A stretch of 64,000 nt of DNA. Source: Alphaproteobacteria bacterium (GTDB lineage Bacteria; Pseudomonadota; Alphaproteobacteria; Rs-D84; SZUA-605). Shown here in pieces: positions 57,615 through 64,000 of this stretch. Position numbers and translations under genes: made by a program. Position 1 is the stretch's first letter. Every line of letters starts with the position of its first letter. The notes beneath the pieces were generated by a model. It was not told where the DNA came from. It did no database searches and worked only from the letters and a program-made list of their open reading frames with translations. The DNA lies in assembly GCA_031549385.1 (NCBI GenBank), contig JAVBPW010000002.1:34271-98270 (forward strand), given 5' to 3'.

Positions 57615-57824
57615 ATTTGCCTCCTCTTAAGTTTTTGTTATTATCATGGCAATCACCTCCTTTTTTAATACTATCTCGATTCTATAAAAATTTTTTACAA
57701 ATGTCAAATGGGTAACTTTTAAATATATTCGTATATCAAACACTTATACTATATTATAATATAGTATAAGGACTTGACTTTCTGTCTTTTCAAGCAGTTA
57801 TAGTTGTTAACAAAGGAGACTGAT

Positions 57825-57995
57825 GTGTACAAAAAACCACCTATAAACCATAGATTTCAGAAAGGAAAGTCCGGGAATCTGAATGGGAGGCCGAAAAGCA
57901 AAGAATTCTACCTTATTGACTTGACTTCCACCTTCTTCCAAGAGTTAATTGTGCGGTGTATGTTCGTAAATCGACAGAGAAAGGCTTGGAGTTAG
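57825..57995 (+). pseudogene. DUF5681-like fragment
   Basis: AAGGAG RBS + GTG; YKKPP..HRFQKGKSGN..GRPK motif, then runs out of frame into the recombinase. Confidence 0.6.
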
Positions 57996-59566
57996 AATTC
58001 AATTCGCTCCAAAATCAAGAGGAAGCTTGCAAAGCCTATATAATGTCACAGGCTTTTAATGAATGGCATCATTATAAAACCTATACTGACGGAGGGATTT
58101 CTGGTGGGACTATGGAAAGGCCTGCGTTGAAACAAATGCTAGATGATATTTCCAAAGGATTGGTGAAAACAGTACTTGTTTATAAGGTAGACAGACTTTC
58201 AAGGTCTATCATGGATTTCCACAATATGATGAAGGATTTAGAAAAATATAATTGCAACTTTGTGTCTATCACACAGGCTTTTGATACATCGACTTCTATG
58301 GGTAAATTGACTTTGAATATGTTATTATCCTTTGCTCAATTTGAAAGAGAGGTTTCGTCAGAGCGTGTAAGGGATAAAATTTATGCAAGTAAAATGAAGG
58401 GCTTTTGGATGGGTGGAACACCACGACTTGGTTATGATATTGTTGATAAAAAGTTAATAGTAAATGAAGTTGAAGCAAAATTAGTTAAGCATATTTTTGA
58501 AACATATTTAGAAATGAGTTCTATCAGAGAATTAACTTTATATTTGAGAAGACACAAAGTTGTTAACAAAAAATGGATTACTAAAGACGGAATTGAACGA
58601 GGCGGAACGGAGTTTTTAGGGTCATCAATCCACAGAGTTTTAAGGGATCATATTTATATTGGCGAAGTGGAAAGTCGAAGAACTAAAGAATTCTTTAAAG
58701 GGCAACATAAACCTATTATAGAACAAGAATTATTTGATAAGGTGCAGGAGAAATTGAGTACTCACAATTATCGAAATAGTTCGAGTTGTTCTGCTTCAAA
58801 TAACCTTTTGAGTGGGAAGCTGTTTGATGATAAGGGAGAGCAATTTATAAATCAAGCCACCAGTAAAAGTCAAAAAAATCATAGAAAATACTATGCTATC
58901 AAGGGGTTTTATTTGCATGCAACTCAAGTGGATAGATTTGCAAAAGATGTTGTCAACGAGGCTCTGAATATAGATATTAATAAAATAGGAACTATACTTA
59001 AACAAATAAATTTCAAAGAAATGAATTACTTCAATCAGAAGGATTTTATAAAGGCTTTTGTAAAAAAAGTTATTTATCAAGAGGACAAATTGACCTTCTT
59101 TTTTAACCTAAACGATGAAAATTTGAATGGATTTATTCAGGAAGATTATATAAATTCTTCCAATGAAACCAAGGAATATATTGTTGATAATGTTAATAAT
59201 CAAATAATTCTTGAGCGAGAATTCTACTTTCAAAAAAATATGAAAAGCACAAAATATAATGCAGGTAAGACGGGGTTGATGAGTGTAACAGATAATCAAC
59301 AATCCATAGTGAGAGCATTTTCCTATGCTTGGAAGTTTAAACAAATGTATGAAGAATGTGGCAATATAAAGCAAATTATGCAATCAGAGAAAGCAAATCT
59401 TAGAACTGTTTACAGATATTTAAATCTAGCTTATTTATCTCCAAATATAATAAATGGATTTATGAATGGAAAATTAAATTTTGATATCAGAGAACTATTT
59501 ATACTAGCATCAAAATATGATAATTTCAAAGAACAGGAACATTATTTGATTGAACATAATTTATAA
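57956..59566 (+). CDS. Large serine recombinase (resolvase + recombinase domains); native start apparently lost
   Basis: (VNCAV)YVRKS catalytic Ser, DGGISGG..ERPAL, VYKVDRLSRS, NMLLSFAQFERE, GYD, HKPII; in-frame TGA at 57917 and no RBS. Confidence 0.92.
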   Translation: MYVRKSTEKGLELEFNSLQNQEEACKAYIMSQAFNEWHHYKTYTDGGISGGTMERPALKQMLDDISKGLVKTVLVYKVDRLSRSIMDFHNMMKDLEKYNCNFVSITQAFDTSTSMGKLTLNMLLSFAQFEREVSSERVRDKIYASKMKGFWMGGTPRLGYDIVDKKLIVNEVEAKLVKHIFETYLEMSSIRELTLYLRRHKVVNKKWITKDGIERGGTEFLGSSIHRVLRDHIYIGEVESRRTKEFFKGQHKPIIEQELFDKVQEKLSTHNYRNSSSCSASNNLLSGKLFDDKGEQFINQATSKSQKNHRKYYAIKGFYLHATQVDRFAKDVVNEALNIDINKIGTILKQINFKEMNYFNQKDFIKAFVKKVIYQEDKLTFFFNLNDENLNGFIQEDYINSSNETKEYIVDNVNNQIILEREFYFQKNMKSTKYNAGKTGLMSVTDNQQSIVRAFSYAWKFKQMYEECGNIKQIMQSEKANLRTVYRYLNLAYLSPNIINGFMNGKLNFDIRELFILASKYDNFKEQEHYLIEHNL

Positions 59567-60676
59567 GTGTATAAAATAAAAATTATGAATAATATTAACT
59601 TAGATGATTTTTTTGAAGAAAGAGAATGCACCTATAAAGATGAAAGATACTCTGTTCGCGATAATGGAGCAGTAATAAAATATCCTCGTGAAGGCAAACG
59701 ACCCCGTCCAACTGACAATCAATGGACTTTTGGAGTTCCAAACCGCAGAACAGGCTATATGGAAATTGCTTCAGCCCGTATACATAGAATAGTCGCTACA
59801 GCTTTTCATGGTGAAGCCCCAACAAAAGAACATGTTGTTGACCATATTGATACAAATCGTAAAAATAACCGTCCAGAAAATTTACGATGGTTAACAAGAT
59901 TAGAAAATGCATTACAAAATCCTATAACAGTTAAACGTATTATATATGCTTGTGGTAGTATAGAAGCATTTTTAGAAAATCCTTCTATATTACAGGAAAA
60001 TGCTATTGAACAAGATTACCAATGGATGCGTACAGTTAGTATTGAAGAAGGACAAGCTAGTTTAAAACGATTACTTGAATGGGCTGCAAATGATATATCT
60101 TCATCTGAAGGAAAATCTTTAGGAGAATGGTTATTTAAACAATATACTCCTAAAGCTACAAAAAAAATAATTAATGAAGATGTGTTTTCTAAACCTACAA
60201 AAAATTTTGACTTTAGTGAAATTACTACAAAAGGACAATTGGTTGAAAAATCACAAGCAGAAAAGACGGAAGAAATTTCTGATTTAGTAGTATCAAAAAC
60301 GCCAAATGCTGTTCAAAGAGATTGGAATATTCCTAGTGAATTTCCATGTTGCCCTAAAGAAATTGGCAAAAATCCAATTCAAGATTATGCTGAAAATTTA
60401 AAACAAGATTTAATATTTTGTCGTAATGACATATACTTTTCTAAAGTCTATAAAAGTGGATTATCAATAGATAATAAATCTATATGTGTAATATCTGAAG
60501 CTTCAAATGAGGGAGCTGTAAAACCTTTTGCTCTTGCTAAAATTACTTACAAAGATGGTTTATTTGTACATACAAGTCTTGGCACATTTTTTTCAGAAGA
60601 AGGAGCTGACAAACAATTCACTATCGAAAGAGGATTGGAATGGACTGGTGGCGATAGTATTGATGATTATTGTTAG
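59567..60676 (+). CDS. HNH endonuclease domain protein (alternative start ATG 59585)
   Basis: IHRIVATAFHG...VVDHIDTNRKNNRPENLRWLT. Confidence 0.88.
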   Translation: MYKIKIMNNINLDDFFEERECTYKDERYSVRDNGAVIKYPREGKRPRPTDNQWTFGVPNRRTGYMEIASARIHRIVATAFHGEAPTKEHVVDHIDTNRKNNRPENLRWLTRLENALQNPITVKRIIYACGSIEAFLENPSILQENAIEQDYQWMRTVSIEEGQASLKRLLEWAANDISSSEGKSLGEWLFKQYTPKATKKIINEDVFSKPTKNFDFSEITTKGQLVEKSQAEKTEEISDLVVSKTPNAVQRDWNIPSEFPCCPKEIGKNPIQDYAENLKQDLIFCRNDIYFSKVYKSGLSIDNKSICVISEASNEGAVKPFALAKITYKDGLFVHTSLGTFFSEEGADKQFTIERGLEWTGGDSIDDYC

Positions 60677-60679
60677 AGT

Positions 60680-60843
60680 TTTGACACCGCCAAAATCGGC
60701 AAGGTATGTAAACCCTTCAGAAAAGGCAAAATCTGAGAATTAATGTGGCTTACAGTGTCAAAGATAACCTTGAAAGCCCGCAGAAGTCCGGCGGATTGGG
60801 GCAATAAAAAAGCCTTGCATACACAAGGACAATTTAATGGTCG
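60680..60843. repeat. Junction repeat J4 (folded module + type A arm + TGGTCG core)
   Basis: Arm near-identical to J1/J3; module ends (TGACAC/GTGTCA) like J2/J5; core at 60838. Confidence 0.9.
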
Positions 60844-60979
60844 TTCGCTCAGGATGCGAATTTGCAACATCAAAGGTATCTCTGCCTTTACCAGCCTTGA
60901 TTTGCGATACTTTCGGCTCTTTGTGGCGAGGTTAACAGAATTACCTCATATGTCGCCAAAGCCCATAAAACATCGCCTA
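60838..60979. repeat. Right-arm repeat P', copy 2
   Basis: Homologous to 49516-49658; 23/34 ungapped match to the tRNA-Pro 3' end. Confidence 0.85.
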
Positions 60980-61399
60980 CAAATGAATAATTTCAACATC
61001 TGGAAAATGAGATAGTAAATACTCAGCAACTAAACGACGATGGCACTGGTCAGGAAGTTTTTCAGTACACAAAAAACAAATTCCGTCTAACATTTCAGGA
61101 ATAAAGAATTTCTCAACTTTCCTTTCTTTTAAGATATTATTTAAAATTTGCTCATAACCAGTCCAATCAATCCCATTATTTTTATAGGTTTCTAGCAATT
61201 CTTTAGTTGGGGCAAGTTCAGGAAAATTCTTATATTTATTGCCTAACTTTTCCTGCAAATTTTTCCCGCTTGCCCAAGGAACAAAACGAGCTGTTCTCCA
61301 TAATCTAATATCTGCCAAAGTTTTCACTCCAGCAGATTCTAATATGTCAAAAAACATATCTTCTTTTTTCCCAGCAAAGCCAATAGTATAAATTTTCAT
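60977..61399 (-). CDS. DUF488 family protein
   Basis: MKIYTIGF, LADIR, ELAP, FLCTEK.P.QCHRRLVAEYL; start overlaps the upstream stop (TGATG). Confidence 0.88.
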   Translation of the reverse strand: MKIYTIGFAGKKEDMFFDILESAGVKTLADIRLWRTARFVPWASGKNLQEKLGNKYKNFPELAPTKELLETYKNNGIDWTGYEQILNNILKERKVEKFFIPEMLDGICFLCTEKLPDQCHRRLVAEYLLSHFPDVEIIHL

Positions 61400-62046
61400 C
61401 AATATAAAAATACTCCATTCAACATTAAATAACAATGATTATCTTGTATCAAAAATGGGCGAGCAAGTCCTATTCTTAGATGGACATATTTTGCATCGTT
61501 TAACATATTGTTTAATTTTTCTACATCTTTAGTTTTTTCAAAAATATCTCTTAAATATTTTGAACTAACTTTCAGATCATATTTTTTATCGGAAGAATCC
61601 ATAACCTTTGCTCTTAATTTTCCATTTTCAATGAAAAACTCCATTTTACTTGTAGGAATTACAATAGCTCCAAGTGACGCACATTTTGTTTTTTTATGAA
61701 TATATGAATTATATATAACATTATCATCAAAAATAGTTTGAATATCTTTTGATACGCTATCTTTTAACAATTGCGCCAATTTTCCATCTGGTTGATATAT
61801 TTCTAATACTTTAATAGAATCTAAATTTATATTAGTATCCTCTGTTTGATGAGGGTAATCTCTTAAAGTTGTTAATGGTTCATTTTCTACATTAATTACA
61901 GAATATGTAGGAATATCTTTTTCATCCCAATACATATTGTCTATTAGTAGTCTTTTCATTCTTTTTTCGCCAATATCCCAACCAGCAATACAGAATTTTT
62001 CTTTCATACAAGTAATGTCTGAAATAATTATATTTGATTTTTTCAT
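61399..62046 (-). CDS. Dual OB-fold domain protein
   Basis: N-terminal FCIAG..., PHQTED, SLG.I, LRIGLARPF...CY...NG; DUF488 neighbour. Confidence 0.7.
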   Translation of the reverse strand: MKKSNIIISDITCMKEKFCIAGWDIGEKRMKRLLIDNMYWDEKDIPTYSVINVENEPLTTLRDYPHQTEDTNINLDSIKVLEIYQPDGKLAQLLKDSVSKDIQTIFDDNVIYNSYIHKKTKCASLGAIVIPTSKMEFFIENGKLRAKVMDSSDKKYDLKVSSKYLRDIFEKTKDVEKLNNMLNDAKYVHLRIGLARPFLIQDNHCYLMLNGVFLY

Positions 62047-62062
62047 GAATAAATCCTTAGTT

Positions 62063-62187
62063 TTTAAAATTAGTTAATAAAAAAGACCACGGAAATCGTG
62101 GTCTAAATTGATATAAAAAATGGACGCAATTCGCCCATGTAACTGAGAAAGATTGTACAATATTTTTATCAAAAAGTCAAGGAAATT
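62063..62187 (-). promoter_or_regulatory. Repeated promoter + structured leader/terminator, copy 2
   Basis: TTGACT (62180-62175)-N17-TACAAT (62157-62152); same two hairpins as 49111-49235. Confidence 0.8.
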
Positions 62188-62207
62188 CGTGTTGCTGAAG
62201 CCCGAAG

Positions 62208-62380
62208 TAGTGACACCAGCAAATTCGCCATTGTATGTAAGTTGAGTAATTTCAGCTAAAAAGCCATACCAAAAAGGCTTACAGTGTCAATATTGAAAAA
62301 AATATTGGCTGTGAGTGGCTGTGTTCGCGGAGTGATTGGGGTAATAAGAAATCTTCGATATTCAAGGATTTAAATGGTCG
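62208..62380. repeat. Junction repeat J5 (folded module + type B arm abutting the tRNA-Pro CCA end)
   Basis: Closely similar to J2; core TGGTCG at 62375 is the tRNA 3' end. Confidence 0.9.
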
Positions 62381-62451
62381 GGGAAACAGGATTCGAACCT
62401 GCGACACCTAGTTCCCAAAACTAGTACTCTACCAGACTGAGCTATTCCCCG
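62375..62451 (-). tRNA. tRNA-Pro (UGG)
   Basis: CGGGGAATAGCTCAGTCTGGTAGAGTACTAGTTTTGGGAACTAGGTGTCGCAGGTTCGAATCCTGTTTCCCCGACCA; C1:G72, anticodon TGG. Confidence 0.97.
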
Positions 62452-62492
62452 TTAAAAATATCTAAGCATTCTATATTTATTTTAGGTCAATG

Positions 62493-63512
62493 TCAAGTAA
62501 CTCTTTTTAAAAAACAACAGTCCCCATATGAATAAAATCTATACTTATTATTTATAGCATATTCATAGGCTTTTTTCATATTGTCATATCCGGAAAAGGC
62601 GCAAACTAACATAAATAGTGTGGATTTTGGTGTATGAAAGTTTGTTAATAATTGATCTGCTGCTTTGAACTTATAGCCTGGTAGAATAAATATATCTGTT
62701 GAATTATTAAATTCATGAATGATACCTTTTTCGTCTGTAGCAGATTCAAGTAATCTTAATGCTGTTGTTCCTACTGCAGTTATTTTTCCACCTTTGTTTT
62801 TTATTTCGTTTAAAAGGTTAGCTGCTTCTTTTGTTATTATACCAACTTCGGAATGCATTTTGTGTTGAGATAAATCATCTTGTTTTACAGGTAAAAAAGT
62901 TCCAGCTCCTACATGTAACGTTACATAAATTATGTTTACCCCTTTTTCTTTTAGTTGTTCTAATATCTTTTTTGTGAAATGAAGAGAGGCTGTTGGGGCA
63001 GCTACTGATCCTTTTTTATTTGCAAATATTGTTTGGTATCTTGTTTTGTCTTCTTGTTCTTCTTGACGTTTAATATATGGGGGGAGGGGAATTTTTCCTA
63101 TTTGATCTAACATTTCAAAAATATCTTTTTGGTTTGTGTCGAATTTTAATAGTATCCCATCATCACTTTTTTCTGTTATTATTCCATTTAATAAATTTGA
63201 GAAATTTAGTGTATCACCTATTTTTAATCTTTTGGAGTTTTTTGTGAAGGCAAGCCACGAATCATTAGAAGCTTGCTTGTGTAAAGTTACTTCAAATTCT
63301 TTATCTTTAAAAATTCCTATTATGCGACTTGGTATTACTTTTGTATCATTTAATACTAATGCGTCACCTTTGTTTAATAGGTTGATTATATTCTTAAAGT
63401 AATCATCTTTTAATTCTGGAATTACCAACATCCTAGATGCATCACGGCTTTGGAGTGGATGTGTTGCTATTAATTCTTGTGGTAATGTAAAGTCAAAATC
63501 TTTTAATTTCAT
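62493..63512 (-). CDS. queA: S-adenosylmethionine:tRNA ribosyltransferase-isomerase
   Basis: DFDFTLPQELIA, PLPPYI, RYQT, AAPTASLHF, LHVGAGTF, TNFH, FYSYGD. Confidence 0.97.
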   Translation of the reverse strand: MKLKDFDFTLPQELIATHPLQSRDASRMLVIPELKDDYFKNIINLLNKGDALVLNDTKVIPSRIIGIFKDKEFEVTLHKQASNDSWLAFTKNSKRLKIGDTLNFSNLLNGIITEKSDDGILLKFDTNQKDIFEMLDQIGKIPLPPYIKRQEEQEDKTRYQTIFANKKGSVAAPTASLHFTKKILEQLKEKGVNIIYVTLHVGAGTFLPVKQDDLSQHKMHSEVGIITKEAANLLNEIKNKGGKITAVGTTALRLLESATDEKGIIHEFNNSTDIFILPGYKFKAADQLLTNFHTPKSTLFMLVCAFSGYDNMKKAYEYAINNKYRFYSYGDCCFLKRVT

Positions 63513-63632
63513 GGATGATATTGTATTTGTTAATTATTAATTTTCAATGAAAAATATTGGAAATATTTTATATTGAAACTATTTTTTTAATTATTAGTAT
63601 TGAACTTAGGGAAAGATTTTAGGAGAAAATTC

Positions 63633-64000
63633 ATGAAGAAATTTATTATTTTATTCTGTGGAATATTGTTTGTAACTTTCAACACATACAATGTATTTGC
63701 TGATGATATAGATTCTGATATGGCAGTTGTTAATTCTTCATATGATAATATGAATACCGGAACAGTAGATTTATTTACAACTGGTGGTGCAATTACTGGT
63801 ACTATGTTTGGTGGTATTATTACAACTATGGATGGTGGTAGTATTAATGAAATTAATGGTGGAACAATAGATATGATGGCTGGTGGAGAAATCACAACAA
63901 TGAATGATGGTATTGTTAATACAATGGGTGGAATTGTTGGTACAATGGTAAATGGAAGTCTTGGATTTGTTACAGGAACAGTAAATACATTGACCTTAGG
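63633..64000 (+). CDS. 5' part of a secreted Gly/Thr/Met-rich beta-helix repeat protein (possibly another adhesin), running off the window edge
   Basis: Not in the ORF track. AGGAG RBS; MKKFIILFCGILF...VFADD signal, then ~8-aa GGxIxxM repeats; open to the edge. Confidence 0.7.
   Translation, partial: MKKFIILFCGILFVTFNTYNVFADDIDSDMAVVNSSYDNMNTGTVDLFTTGGAITGTMFGGIITTMDGGSINEINGGTIDMMAGGEITTMNDGIVNTMGGIVGTMVNGSLGFVTGTVNTLTL

Larger units (their letters stand above)
44309..62374. mobile_element. Composite tandem genomic island at the 3' end of tRNA-Pro(UGG), associated with a large serine recombinase; left boundary uncertain (may include the ankyrin gene)
   Basis: Five related ~160-170-bp arms each ending at a TGGT(C/A)G core equal to the tRNA CCA end; serine recombinase, ParB-MTase and HNH inside; flanked by core genes serS and queA. 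Confidence 0.85.

Noticed and set aside
56574-60676. Prophage or intact restriction-modification system (MTase + HNH)
   Set aside because: No structural, terminase or replication genes; the MTase is truncated and of the ParB-fused element type
60528-61015. ORFs 60528-60743, 60673-60873 and 60743-61015
   Set aside because: They overlap the HNH gene or span junction repeats, have no RBS, and the frame is not kept in all repeat copies
62063-62187. preQ1 riboswitch suggested by proximity to queA
   Set aside because: It lies downstream of queA and the tRNA, is duplicated in front of unrelated cargo, and lacks the preQ1 consensus
44309-62290. CRISPR array interpretation of the constant-motif/35-nt-variable modules
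   Set aside because: Copies are kilobases apart, the interiors are related to one another and self-fold, and no cas genes are present
44309-62374. Classical integron
   Set aside because: No tyrosine integrase IntI and no RYYYAAC...GTTRRRY attC ends; the recombinase is a serine enzyme
2454-63402. Other short ORFs nested in or antisense to long genes (e.g. 2454, 7317, 12759, 21019, 28130, 39171, 42225, 51735, 55324, 58296, 63136)
   Set aside because: Shadow frames of well-supported genes, with no motifs
63587-63895. Minus-strand 102-aa Pro/Ile-rich ORF
   Set aside because: Antisense shadow of the plus-strand repeat protein starting at 63633

Overview
AT-rich bacterial chromosome segment, probably from a host-associated alphaproteobacterium (inferred from Pal, VirD4 and the mobile-element gene set). 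Bases 1-43.4 kb look like core genome: pilus/T4SS genes (TcpQ-like, VirD4, VirB2-like), an ARCHAEAL-type TyrRS, cysS, pal, a glycan-modification cluster, sulfatases, alpha-2-macroglobulin plus PBP1C, a 3665-aa autotransporter with a C-terminal OmpA domain, and serS. Bases ~43.6-62.4 kb form a composite island at the 3' (CCA) end of tRNA-Pro(UGG). Five junctions share a TGGT(C/A)G core (44470, 49516, 52354, 60838, 62375), and each is preceded by a conserved ~85-nt folded module (GTATGTAA-N35-GGCTTACAG). Left and right arms are mixed and matched across the core, and only one unit encodes a large serine recombinase. This looks like an integron-like, serine-recombinase-driven cassette array. Cargo: (i) an ABC-F + radical SAM/SPASM + unannotated 31-aa peptide RiPP candidate; (ii) an extra trpS with a Trp-Trp leader attenuator; (iii) a bacterial-type tRNA-Tyr/TyrRS pair flanking rSAM, HIT-like and kinase genes, predicted to be orthogonal to the host archaeal-type TyrRS; (iv) Fic, HNH and a Dual-OB/DUF488 pair. 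All family calls come from reading motifs by eye; no database searches were run.
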